This document shows, piece after piece, positions 18,368 through 27,465 of a stretch of 64,000 nucleotides of DNA; positions within the stretch are counted from its first letter, which is position 1, and every line of letters begins with the position of its first letter. Source of the stretch: Sandaracinaceae bacterium (GTDB lineage: Bacteria > Myxococcota_A > Polyangia > Polyangiales > Houyiibacteriaceae). The translations under genes and the position numbers were made by a program. The notes beneath the pieces are model-generated. The model ran no database searches and was not told the DNA's origin. It worked only from the letters and a program-made list of their open reading frames with translations. Location of the stretch: positions 697,822 to 761,821 of the forward strand of contig JACKEJ010000008.1 of NCBI GenBank assembly GCA_020633055.1, written 5' to 3'.

Positions 18368-19810
18368 GTGCACTACGAAGACGTCGAGGCCGGCTACTTC
18401 GAGGCCCGCCAGCTGAAGCGCTGGGCCGGCCCGTGGTCGCTCTGGGCGCTGGGTGTCGGCGCCGTCATCTCGGGCGACTTCTTTGGGTGGCAATTCGGCC
18501 TGACCCACGGGGGCTTCGGCGGGATGCTGCTCGCCACGGGTGTGATGAGCGTGATGTACGCCGGGCTGTGCTTCAGCATCGCGGAGATGTCCGCGGCGCT
18601 GCCTCATGCGGGCGGCGCCTACTCGTTCGCGCGCTCGGCCATGGGCCCGTGGGGCGGCTACGTCACTGGCCTCGCCGAGAACATGGAGTACGTGCTCACC
18701 CCGGCGGTGATCGTGGTCGGCGTGGGCGGCTACCTGCAGGCCATCCTGGGCACGCCCGAGGCCTACCAGCCGCTGCTCTGGCTGGGCTGCTACGTGGTCT
18801 TCGTGGGGCTCAACATCGCGGGCGCGGCCGCATCGTTTCGCACCACGCTCGTCATCACGCTGATGGCGCTCGGCATCTTGCTGGTGTTCTGGATGGGTGC
18901 TGCGCCCCTCGCGCGCGTCGAGCACGCCCTCGACATCCCCCCCGACCCGGCCGCCGCGTCGGGGTCGACGTTCCTTCCCGCAGGCGCCCTCGGGGTGCTG
19001 CGCGCGCTGCCGTTCGCGATGTGGTTCTTCCTCGCCATCGAGGAGCTGCCCCTCGCCGCCGAAGAGGCGATCGACCCCGTGCGCGACATGCCGCGCGCGC
19101 TGGGTTCGGGTCTGCTGACGCTGGTGGTGGCGGCCTTCCTCACGCTCGGCCTGAACAGCGCCATCGCGCCTGGCGCTGCGGCGCTCGCACAGACCCAGGA
19201 GCCCTTGCTGGTGGGCCTCCGCACCATCTTCGGGGCGGGCGCCTCGAGCAGCGTGCTGGCGCTGGTCGCCGTGGTGGGCCTGATGGCCAGCTTCCACGGC
19301 ATCGTGTTCGCCTACGGGCGGCAGATCTACTCGCTCTCGCGCGCGGGCTACTTCCCGCGCGCGCTGTCGCTCACGCACCCCACGCGCCAGACGCCGCACG
19401 TGGCGCTGGTGGTCGGCGCGGCGCTGGGCTTCGCGGTAGCCTGCGTGATCCGCGCGCTCGGCACGGGCAGCCCCGTGGGCGCGGTGCTGCTCAACATGGC
19501 GGTGTTCGGGGCCGTGCTCTCCTACGTGCTGCAGATGCTCTCCTATGTGCTGCTGCGCACCAAGCACCCGCAGCTCCCGCGCCCCTACCGCAGCCCGCTC
19601 GGCCTGGCGGGCGCCGTGGTGGCGCTGCTGGTCAGCCTGCTCACGCTGGTCGCGCTCTTCGTGAGCGACCCCGTCTACCGCAAGGTCGTGCTGGGCGCGG
19701 CGGTCTGGTACGCGGCGGGGCTGCTGTACTTCGCGCTGTTCGCGCGTCACCGCCTGGTGCTGGCCCCCGAGGAGCTCGCGGCCCGTCAGCGCGAGCGCGA
19801 CACGCCCTGA
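18368..19810 (+). CDS. APC-superfamily permease, ethanolamine permease-like
   Basis: YFEARQLKRWAGPWSLWALGVGAVISGDFFGWQFGL resembles ethanolamine permease (Eat) N-termini, and there are about 12 TM segments. No in-frame ATG exists; GTG at 18368 is proposed. The ORF-track start at 17600 overlaps the upstream gene and is rejected. Confidence 0.7.
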   Translation: MHYEDVEAGYFEARQLKRWAGPWSLWALGVGAVISGDFFGWQFGLTHGGFGGMLLATGVMSVMYAGLCFSIAEMSAALPHAGGAYSFARSAMGPWGGYVTGLAENMEYVLTPAVIVVGVGGYLQAILGTPEAYQPLLWLGCYVVFVGLNIAGAAASFRTTLVITLMALGILLVFWMGAAPLARVEHALDIPPDPAAASGSTFLPAGALGVLRALPFAMWFFLAIEELPLAAEEAIDPVRDMPRALGSGLLTLVVAAFLTLGLNSAIAPGAAALAQTQEPLLVGLRTIFGAGASSSVLALVAVVGLMASFHGIVFAYGRQIYSLSRAGYFPRALSLTHPTRQTPHVALVVGAALGFAVACVIRALGTGSPVGAVLLNMAVFGAVLSYVLQMLSYVLLRTKHPQLPRPYRSPLGLAGAVVALLVSLLTLVALFVSDPVYRKVVLGAAVWYAAGLLYFALFARHRLVLAPEELAARQRERDTP

Positions 19811-19880
19811 ACGAGCGAAACGACGCCCGCGTACACCGCTAGTACGACGGACACGCGCCGCGCCCTGGTACGCTCGGCCG

Positions 19881-20264
19881 ATGACGTCGCTCGCCGAACA
19901 GCTGCTGCGGGACGCCCTGCGTGATGTGCTCGGCAATGCGGAATGCCAGCTCGACGTCACGCAGGGGCCGTACTTCGGCGACCCATGGAGCGGCGCGACG
20001 GCCGACACCAGCGTGAGCACGAAGGGCCTGCGGCATCCGCAGACCGGTCGGGCCCTCTCGGTCACGCTGGACTACACCGAGCACGACCTCTCGGGGCAGA
20101 CCGACCGCTGGAGCGTGACCCTCGAGGGCTTCTCCGCCACCGAGGCTGGGCGCATGCGCGTGCTCCTGAGCCCGTTCGAGCGCGTCCGCAACCTCAACCC
20201 CAACCTGCGCTACAGGTGGACCATCGACGGCAAGCCGGGCGTCACCTCACGCACGGGGCGCTGA
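19881..20264 (+). CDS. Hypothetical protein
   Basis: 127-aa ORF with an ATG start and good third-position GC. No recognisable motif. Confidence 0.45.
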   Translation: MTSLAEQLLRDALRDVLGNAECQLDVTQGPYFGDPWSGATADTSVSTKGLRHPQTGRALSVTLDYTEHDLSGQTDRWSVTLEGFSATEAGRMRVLLSPFERVRNLNPNLRYRWTIDGKPGVTSRTGR

Positions 20265-20333
20265 GCCGAGCGGGCGCACGCGCCGTAGCCATGGCGCAAC
20301 CCCGCGTCGACGAGCGCACCGCGCGCAGCCTCG

Positions 20334-21215
20334 TCAGGCCACCTTGCGCATCCACGCGATGCAGCCCTCGAGCGCTTGCTGCATGGCCTCGGGGCTGGCC
20401 TTGCCGCGTGGCCCGTGCCCAGGGAGCACCCACTCCCATGCATGCGCGCGCAGCGCCTCGGTGGACGTGATCTGCTGCCCCCAGTCGTACCAGCACGCGT
20501 TCTTGAAGCTGAACAGGCGCTTGCGCAGGATGTCCCACGCCAGGTGGTCGCCCGCGAACAGGTAGCGCCCCTTGTACAGCAGGCACATGGAGCCCTGCGT
20601 GTGGCCAGGCACGGGGATCATCAGCAGCTCGTCGTCGAGCGGCGTGGGCTCCGCGATCTCGATCAGGTTCTCCACGCTGCGCGTGTGCGGGCGCAGGTCG
20701 CGCTTGTGCAGGATGCGCGTGGCGCCGAAGGCCGCCGCGTAGCGATCGTGATCCGCCACGTCGTCGCGGTGCGTGAGGAACATGGTCTGCACGCCACCCA
20801 GCGCCTGCACGCGCTCCACCAGTCCCTTGTTGAAGCGCGGCGAGTCGATCATCACGTTGCCGCGCTCGCGCACGATCAGGTAGCTGGCCGCGCCGAAGCT
20901 GTCGCGGCTGTGGAAGCCGAGGTGGTAGACGCCCGTGTCCTCGCTCGGGTCGATGGGCAGGGGGAAGCTCTCGATGGCCGGCTGCAGGTCGTGCTTCTCG
21001 AGCGTGCCGATGCTGCCCGTGGGGCACGCCACCACGGCGCGCAGGGCCGCCGCCAGCTGTTCTCCCTGCGGTTGCTCGCGCACGTAGCTCTGGTCGTTCT
21101 TGCCGTCGAAGGTGCCGAACGCCACCCAGCGGCAGGTGCCGCAGTCGATGCAGCCGCTGTCCACGAAGAAGTCGCCGGGCACGTTGGTGGGCAGGCGTTT
21201 GTGCTTCGAGGCCAT
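20334..21215 (-). CDS. Ferredoxin-domain / metallo-beta-lactamase-fold fusion protein
   Basis: N-terminal cluster motif CIDCGTC...ACP (a 4Fe-4S-type ferredoxin domain), then an MBL-like body (FLTHRDDVADHD, VPGHTQGS). ATG at 21215; the longer ORF to 21767 is rejected. Confidence 0.65.
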   Translation of the reverse strand: MASKHKRLPTNVPGDFFVDSGCIDCGTCRWVAFGTFDGKNDQSYVREQPQGEQLAAALRAVVACPTGSIGTLEKHDLQPAIESFPLPIDPSEDTGVYHLGFHSRDSFGAASYLIVRERGNVMIDSPRFNKGLVERVQALGGVQTMFLTHRDDVADHDRYAAAFGATRILHKRDLRPHTRSVENLIEIAEPTPLDDELLMIPVPGHTQGSMCLLYKGRYLFAGDHLAWDILRKRLFSFKNACWYDWGQQITSTEALRAHAWEWVLPGHGPRGKASPEAMQQALEGCIAWMRKVA

Positions 21216-21225
21216 GGGCCCATCA

Positions 21226-22425
21226 TCACTGGGGGATCGCAGGAGACGCAAGCGGCGCGAGCGCGAGCAGCTGCGGCGCGAGGCGCGCGAAGTGGGGCGT
21301 CGCTGCGTGTCCTCGGTCCCAGCGCGGCGCGTCAGTCTCCATCCCGACGAGCACGACCAGGCGTGGCGCCTCCATCGGGAGCATGCCGACGAAGCTGCAA
21401 TAGAAGGGTGGTTGGACACCGCCCCGCGCGCGGCCGTTGATGGGCCACTCCGAAAGCCAGGTGCCGCCGGTCTTGCCGCCGACCCGCATCCCTGCCACGC
21501 GTGCCGCGCGACCCGTCCCCGCCTCGGACGTGACGGCCTCCAGCATCGACCGCACCGCGTGTGCCGTCTCGACACGCATGAGCTGCCGCCCATCCGCAAG
21601 TCGCCCGTCGTTGGCGAGGATCGCGTACGCGCGCGCCATCGCCACAGGGTCCATGCGCTGTGGGACGCCCGTGGCCTCGTCGAAGGTCCGCTCCGAGGGC
21701 CACGGAGCACGAAACGCGCTCGGGTCCAACACACCAAGACGCACCAACCACTCCCCGAGACGCCCACCGTCGAGGTATCGGACGGCGAGCAACGCCGGCG
21801 CCAAGGTCGACGAGCCCTGGGTCATCACCGCCATCGTGACATCGCCGAAGCGCGCGGAGTCGCGATAGACGGTGTCGCCCATGATCACCTCCCCATCGCC
21901 CCCCGGGTACACCGCCAGCGGGTCCGCCCCCGCCTCGATCACCCCGGCCAGCACCAATGGGCGCAACGTGCCGCTCGGCGGGTACCGACGGAGCGAGGCC
22001 CCACCGTAGTCGCCCAGCGCCAAGAGCGCGCCCGTGGGGACGTCAACCACCGCGATCACGACCGCGAGCGGCGCCTGAAGGCGGACGATCTCCTGCACCT
22101 CCGCGTCGACCAGCGCGCGCATGCGGTCGGCGTTGGGGTTCGCGGCGGGCAACGGTGGGGGCGGGGGCGACGGGACGCCGATGCGCGCCGCCACCGCAGT
22201 TTCGCCCGCTGCCGCATGCTGCGTAGCGCCGGCGCCTGGCTCTCGCACGCGCGCGCCCGCGTCCTCGGCGCGTGCCGCCGGGGCCCCAGGAGGAAGGGAA
22301 CGCTCACACGCCGCGAGCGAGCCCACGAACGAGCACAGGACGAAGAGCCAAGCGGCGCACGAGCGACTGGCCCATGGTCGCAGCCGCACTCTCCATGGCA
22401 CTCCTCTCCTGCTCGGCGCGGGCAT
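21226..22425 (-). CDS. Penicillin-binding-protein transpeptidase-domain lipoprotein with degenerate active-site motifs
   Basis: Lipobox SLAAC. It aligns by eye to the PBP2/FtsI transpeptidase domain ([12 protein letters not shown]..., [22 protein letters not shown]). The SxxK position reads PSGTLRP and the SxN position reads SST. Confidence 0.6.
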   Translation of the reverse strand: MPAPSRRGVPWRVRLRPWASRSCAAWLFVLCSFVGSLAACERSLPPGAPAARAEDAGARVREPGAGATQHAAAGETAVAARIGVPSPPPPPLPAANPNADRMRALVDAEVQEIVRLQAPLAVVIAVVDVPTGALLALGDYGGASLRRYPPSGTLRPLVLAGVIEAGADPLAVYPGGDGEVIMGDTVYRDSARFGDVTMAVMTQGSSTLAPALLAVRYLDGGRLGEWLVRLGVLDPSAFRAPWPSERTFDEATGVPQRMDPVAMARAYAILANDGRLADGRQLMRVETAHAVRSMLEAVTSEAGTGRAARVAGMRVGGKTGGTWLSEWPINGRARGGVQPPFYCSFVGMLPMEAPRLVVLVGMETDAPRWDRGHAATPHFARLAPQLLALAPLASPAIPQ

Positions 22426-22532
22426 GGCGACAGCATGCGGCGACACGCGCGGCAACGACAACCCTTGCGGCGACGGCATCACAGACGGCCCTACCGCCAG
22501 CCCATCCGACGGCGGCCTGCTATGCACGTCGC

Positions 22533-23285
22533 ATGTCGCGCTCCGTCACGCTGCACGAGTGGCTCGCCGAGGCCCCCTTCACGCTGGGCATGAGCTCGGG
22601 CTTCTTCGGCTTCTTCGCGCATGCGGGGGTGCTCGCGGCGCTCGAGGAGCGGGGACTCGCCCCCAGCGCGGTGGCGGGCTCGAGCGCGGGCGCGCTGGTC
22701 ACGGGCGCTTGGGCCGGTGGGGTGTGCAGCGAGGAGCTGCGCGACACGCTGCTGAGCCTGCGGCGCCCGGACTTCTGGGACCCGGCGCCCGGCGCGGGGC
22801 TGCTGCGAGGGCAGCTGTTCCGCGACCGGCTGGACGCGCTGCTCCGGCACAAGACCTTCGAGGCCTGCCGGGTCCCCGCCAGCCTGGTGGTGCACGACGT
22901 CTTCGCCCGCCGCGCCCTGCCCGTGTCCTCGGGAGACCTGGCGGCCGCCATCCACGCCTCCTGCGCCGTCCCGGGCATGTTCCACCCCGTGCGGGTGCAG
23001 GGCCGCCTGATGGTCGACGGTGGCGTGACCGACCGTGCAGGCCTGTGTGGGGTGCCAGAGGACCGGCGCGTGCTCTACCACCACCTGGCCTCACGCTCCC
23101 CGTGGCGACGACCGGGCAGCCCTGCGCTGCGCGTCCCGACACGCGCCAACCTGGTCGCGCTGGTGGTTCCGGACCTGCCGCGCCTGAGCCCCTTTCGCCT
23201 CGGCGAGGCCCAGGTGGCGTACGAGCGAGCGCTGGCCACCACCCGGCGACGGCTGGACCAGCCTCTTCCCGAGGATGCCGGTTGA
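22533..23285 (+). CDS. Patatin-like phospholipase
   Basis: Oxyanion [10 protein letters not shown], nucleophile elbow GSSAG, and catalytic Asp motif VDGGV. ATG at 22533. Confidence 0.8.
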   Translation: MSRSVTLHEWLAEAPFTLGMSSGFFGFFAHAGVLAALEERGLAPSAVAGSSAGALVTGAWAGGVCSEELRDTLLSLRRPDFWDPAPGAGLLRGQLFRDRLDALLRHKTFEACRVPASLVVHDVFARRALPVSSGDLAAAIHASCAVPGMFHPVRVQGRLMVDGGVTDRAGLCGVPEDRRVLYHHLASRSPWRRPGSPALRVPTRANLVALVVPDLPRLSPFRLGEAQVAYERALATTRRRLDQPLPEDAG

Positions 23286-23441
23286 CCCAAGGACATGTCC
23301 TCGGACGCGGTTAGAGTCGCTACCCAGAGACGGAAACGATCCCGAAGTGCCCTTGAACTGCACACCTCCGTCCGCTAGCCTCGTACTTATCGCGCCGTGC
23401 ACGGAACTTCCGGCGGCATCCCCCGCGCCCCGACAGCTTCT

Positions 23442-24947
23442 ATGACCGAACCACTGCCCGCTGCTCCCGACGCCCATGACGACCTGAGCCAGACCGGCGT
23501 CGCGGTCGGTGATGTCCTCGCTGGCAAGTACAAGGTGGATCAAGTCCTCGGCGCCGGAGGCATGGGTGTCGTGGTGCGCGCCACGCACCAGATCCTGAAC
23601 AGCAAGGTCGCGATGAAGTTCTTGCTGCCCGAGTACGTGAACAACTCGGGCATCGTCGAGCGCTTCCTGCGCGAGGCGCGCGCGGCCGTGTCCATCAAGA
23701 ACCCGCATGTGGCAGGCGTCATCGACGTAGGCACGCTCGAGAGCGGCTCGCCCTACATCGTGATGGAGTATCTGCAGGGGCGCGACCTGGCCGACGTGCT
23801 CGAAGCCGAGGTCTACGTGCGCGACGTGGCGCGCGCGGCCAAGTTCATCCTGCAGGCCTGTGAAGGCCTCGCCGCGGCGCACGCCAACGGCATCGTCCAC
23901 CGCGACATCAAGCCGGGCAACCTGTTCATCACCAACGCGTCCGACGGAACGGAGCAGGTGAAGGTGCTCGACTTCGGCATCTCCAAGTCCGGCACCGAGC
24001 TGAACAACCTCACGCGCACGGGCGCGGTCATGGGCTCCCCCATGTACATGTCGCCCGAGCAGATGCGCAGCACGCGCAACGTGGACGCCCGGTCCGACGT
24101 GTGGTCCCTCGGGGTGGTCGCGTTCGAGCTGCTCACGGGTCGCCTCCCCTACGAGGCCGAGACGATGACCGAGCTGGTCGCGATGGTGCTGGAGCACGAC
24201 CCTCCGCGCACCCGGGATCTGCGGCCCGACATCCCGGCGGCGCTGGACGACGCCGTCGCGGGCGCGCTCACGAAGAACCCCGACAACCGCTACGCCGACG
24301 TCGCCGACTTCGCGAACGACATCGCCATCGCCGTGGGTGACCCCAGCCTCCACGAGCAAGCGCAGCGCATCCGTCGCATCGTGTCGCGCGGCGTCGCCGA
24401 CATGACGGGCTCGCAGCAGATCTCGTCCAGCACGGGCATGCCGCTCGCGCGCTCGCACATCCGCACGCGCCCCGACGAAGAAAAGAAGCGCAAGGTGCTG
24501 CTGGGCGTGGCCGCGCTGGCCGCGCTGCTCGTGGCGGGTGGGCTCGGCGCCTACTTCGCCAGCTCGCGCAACGCGCCGGCCCCCGAGGCCCAGGTCACCC
24601 CCGCCGAGAGCCCCATGGAGGTCCCGCTCCCCACGGTGCCCGCCGTCGAAGCCGTGGGTGCTGCCGCCACGGCCGAGGTACCCGCGGTCGAGCCTGCGCC
24701 TCCCGCGGTCGAGGTCGAGCCCGCCGTGGCCGAAGCGACGCCCAACGAGACCGCCGACACCGAGGAAGCGGACGGCGAGCACCACCGCTCGAGCTCGTCC
24801 TCGTCGTCCAGCAGCTCACGCAGCAGCAGCCGCTCCAGCAGCTCCAGCCGAAGCGCGATGACCACCACGCAGGCGCAGACAGCCCCAGCCGCCACCCCGC
24901 CGCCAACCATGACCAGCCCGGCGAACCTGCTGCTCGACCGCAACTGA
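23442..24947 (+). CDS. Hanks-type Ser/Thr protein kinase with a TM segment and a Ser-rich C-terminal tail
   Basis: GAGGMGVV, VAMKFL, HRDIKPGNLF, DFGISK and SPEQ motifs, a TM helix LGVAALAALLVAGGLGAYF, then a poly-Ser tract. Confidence 0.9.
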   Translation: MTEPLPAAPDAHDDLSQTGVAVGDVLAGKYKVDQVLGAGGMGVVVRATHQILNSKVAMKFLLPEYVNNSGIVERFLREARAAVSIKNPHVAGVIDVGTLESGSPYIVMEYLQGRDLADVLEAEVYVRDVARAAKFILQACEGLAAAHANGIVHRDIKPGNLFITNASDGTEQVKVLDFGISKSGTELNNLTRTGAVMGSPMYMSPEQMRSTRNVDARSDVWSLGVVAFELLTGRLPYEAETMTELVAMVLEHDPPRTRDLRPDIPAALDDAVAGALTKNPDNRYADVADFANDIAIAVGDPSLHEQAQRIRRIVSRGVADMTGSQQISSSTGMPLARSHIRTRPDEEKKRKVLLGVAALAALLVAGGLGAYFASSRNAPAPEAQVTPAESPMEVPLPTVPAVEAVGAAATAEVPAVEPAPPAVEVEPAVAEATPNETADTEEADGEHHRSSSSSSSSSSRSSSRSSSSSRSAMTTTQAQTAPAATPPPTMTSPANLLLDRN

Positions 24948-25020
24948 GCGCGCACCGCGGGCGTCCGCTGGCGCACGGCCGTGGTGCCCTGCGGGCGCCG
25001 CTCCGTCCCCACGCGAGCGG

Positions 25021-25974
25021 TCAGATGAGCGTGCGCCGCATCATCTTGTTGCCGCCCGTCCGGATCTTGGCGCTCCACTCCGGCTTGAAGAGCCAGTCGT
25101 GCCCGTACTGGCGCGCATAGTCGTAGAACTCCATCTCGACCGGGCTCTTGGCCTCCGCCCCCTTGCGCAGCTGGAAGCGCAGCTGCTGCCCGTAGTGCAG
25201 GTAGCCGGTGCGGCGGTGCCAGTCCTCGACGCTCCAGCCTTCGAGCAACATCTCCACCTGCGGGTGGAGCCGCTCGGGGTTCCAGACGAGGTAGTGCTCC
25301 CCCTGCTGGCGGCCCTGGTCGCCCGTGGGGAAGCGCTCGATGATGTAGCCCCCGTTGGGCGCCTTGAGCGAGAGCAGCAGGTTGGTGCCCGCGAAGTCCA
25401 CCTCGACGTCAGGGCTGCGGCGCTCGTACAGCAGCTCACCCTTCTCGCTGCGCGTGGCCGCCAGCAGCACCGCGGCGTCGACCTCGGCCACTCCGTAGCC
25501 GTGCAGCATGGACATGTGTGTGCCGTGCCGCTCGCACACGTCGCGCAGCGCGTTCTCGAGCGAGCGTGGCGTGGTGTAGCCCCCCACCCCGCACAGGATG
25601 GAGTCCGGCATGGGATGCCCACCGCCCGCGTGCTTGAACAGCAGGTGGGCCAAGAAGAGCGTCTGTCCGAGCAGCATCACGGGGAGGCCCTCCTCGTGCG
25701 CCAGGTGCAGGGCACGCGAGGCCGTCGTGTAGCTGAGGTAGGAGTCCACCGTCACGCCGAAGTCGAAGCTGCCGATGTGCGCCGGATACGTGTTGATCAC
25801 GATGGGCATGCGGTCGCCGAACGTGGCGACCAGCCCCGGCCAGCGCGCCTTGATCAGCCCAAGCAAGTTGCCGCCCTTCTGGGTGATTCGGAAGCCGTGG
25901 GGATCGCGGTTGGTGCTGCCCGAGGAGTACGAGAGCACGTCGCCGGCGGAGATGGTGGGCTTGGGTCGGGTCAT
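25021..25974 (-). CDS. Small adenylate-forming (ANL/PaaK-like) enzyme homolog
   Basis: SSGSTNRDP (phosphate-loop-like), GYGVAE and FPTGDQG motifs in the ANL order, in only about 317 aa. ATG at 25974. Confidence 0.5.
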   Translation of the reverse strand: MTRPKPTISAGDVLSYSSGSTNRDPHGFRITQKGGNLLGLIKARWPGLVATFGDRMPIVINTYPAHIGSFDFGVTVDSYLSYTTASRALHLAHEEGLPVMLLGQTLFLAHLLFKHAGGGHPMPDSILCGVGGYTTPRSLENALRDVCERHGTHMSMLHGYGVAEVDAAVLLAATRSEKGELLYERRSPDVEVDFAGTNLLLSLKAPNGGYIIERFPTGDQGRQQGEHYLVWNPERLHPQVEMLLEGWSVEDWHRRTGYLHYGQQLRFQLRKGAEAKSPVEMEFYDYARQYGHDWLFKPEWSAKIRTGGNKMMRRTLI

Positions 25975-26050
25975 GGAAAAGCGGGGGGGAGTCGAGGGCG
26001 GCGATGGCGATTGCTTGACCGAGCGATCAAGACCTCCGTATCGTGCCGCC

Positions 26051-26557
26051 ATGTCTATCAGGGCGCGCGTGGGAACGATCGAGGACTTGGAGCGAATCTA
26101 CGCCATCTGGGAGGGCGGGATCGAAAACAGTTTGGGAGGCAAGCCGCCCGACGGTGTGGACTACAAGGCCTACTACCGTGCGCGTCTGGAAGAGTCTAAC
26201 GAGACTTTTCCATTCTTCGTCGTAGAAAAAGACGGCGTGGTCGTGTCTTGGACCAGCCTGACCCCGTTCCGCGCCAACATCGCGGTGCGTGACAACATGG
26301 CGGAGATCAGCGTGTACACGGACCCCGCCTACTGGGGTCAGCCGGTGACCACGCCCGCCGTGGACATGTTGTTCGACCACGCGGACAGGGACCCGAACCT
26401 CCAGTTCCTGGTCGCGTTCATCGCCACGACCAACGCGCGCGCCACGGGCCTGGCGCGTCAGTATGGGTTGATCAAGATGCACGAGCTGGCGCCCACCGCG
26501 AAGGCACCGAACAACCCGCCGCTGAACCTGTACCTGTACCGCTGCGGCGAGCGCTGA
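26051..26557 (+). CDS. GNAT family N-acetyltransferase (PAT-like)
   Basis: 168-aa ORF divergent from the ANL-like gene. Has IEDLERIYAIW ... FFVVEKDGVVVSW ... NARATGLARQYG, a typical GNAT layout. Confidence 0.65.
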   Translation: MSIRARVGTIEDLERIYAIWEGGIENSLGGKPPDGVDYKAYYRARLEESNETFPFFVVEKDGVVVSWTSLTPFRANIAVRDNMAEISVYTDPAYWGQPVTTPAVDMLFDHADRDPNLQFLVAFIATTNARATGLARQYGLIKMHELAPTAKAPNNPPLNLYLYRCGER

Positions 26558-26583
26558 GCCGTTCGCCGCGGGGCGCGTGTGGA

Positions 26584-27465
26584 TCACTCCGGCAACAGGC
26601 GCACCGTGGTGAGCGTGTCGGGCTCGATCAGCAGCGTGTCCTCCGCCACCAGCGTCCCGCTCCGGGTCTCGAAGTCGAAGGTGTCGGCGACGAACGCGCG
26701 GACGACCATCGTGCCGGGCTCGAGGGCGCGGAAGCCGCCTAGACCCGTCACGTCCGTGACCTCGTTGGCGGGGGCGCTGGCGATGACCACCATGCCGTCG
26801 CTGAAGTAGAACGGCGCCGTGTCCTCCCCGATGCTGGCCGGGGTGGTGACCTCGAAGTGGATGTTGGGCGCGTTGACGTCGTTGCAGTCCACCGCGTTGA
26901 TGGCCACGTCGCCGAACGCAGCGTCCTGCGTGACCGCAGCCTCGGGGTAGATCAGGAACTCACGCACGCCCGTCGTCATGGCTTGGATCGGGAACGGCTC
27001 CTCGCGCGTGACGTTGATGGGCTGGCTGAAGTACCAGAGGTAGGGCACCCAGTCCTTGCCCTCGGCGTCGTCCGCGCCGTCGGCGTCCTCGATGCGCAGG
27101 TAGCCGTTGAACCCCGCGGAGACGGGAACCACCACCAGGCCAGTCTCGTCCGGGAGGTACGGCGTACCAAAGTCGCACGCCGCGCCGAGCCGCGAGTTGC
27201 AGCGCACGACCTGCACGCCCGGGACCTCCTGGCTGCCACCGATGTCGACGATCTGCGCGCGAATCTCCACGGCGGAGCCGTCGCTCATGGGCGGCACCAC
27301 GTTGCCCACGCAGCGGAGGTCGCGCCCTACGGCAGGCGGCTCGAGCTCCGTGTCCTCGATCCCGATGATCTCGACGCAGCCGACCAGATGGAACCCCAGC
27401 AGGATGCCTGGAAGCATGCGCGTCCACTTGGACGCAAGGAGCGACGAGGGGGCGTTCGCGTTCAT
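26584..27465 (-). CDS. Hypothetical lipoprotein
   Basis: Signal peptide with lipobox HLVGC. Its start overlaps the stop of the upstream TPR/PEGA-like gene by 1 nt. Confidence 0.6.
   Translation of the reverse strand: MNANAPSSLLASKWTRMLPGILLGFHLVGCVEIIGIEDTELEPPAVGRDLRCVGNVVPPMSDGSAVEIRAQIVDIGGSQEVPGVQVVRCNSRLGAACDFGTPYLPDETGLVVVPVSAGFNGYLRIEDADGADDAEGKDWVPYLWYFSQPINVTREEPFPIQAMTTGVREFLIYPEAAVTQDAAFGDVAINAVDCNDVNAPNIHFEVTTPASIGEDTAPFYFSDGMVVIASAPANEVTDVTGLGGFRALEPGTMVVRAFVADTFDFETRSGTLVAEDTLLIEPDTLTTVRLLPE

Noticed and set aside
20334-21767. Full 477-aa track ORF for the ferredoxin-MBL gene.
   Set aside because: The N-terminal 183 codons overlap the 3' end of the PBP-like gene and are Arg/Ser-rich. 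The ferredoxin domain begins right after ATG 21215.
22533-24947. Patatin-like phospholipase next to a kinase, considered as a possible CBASS-like or other defence effector module.
   Set aside because: No nucleotidyltransferase/cyclase, sensor or other defence signature gene is adjacent. The patatin protein looks like a stand-alone RssA-type enzyme.
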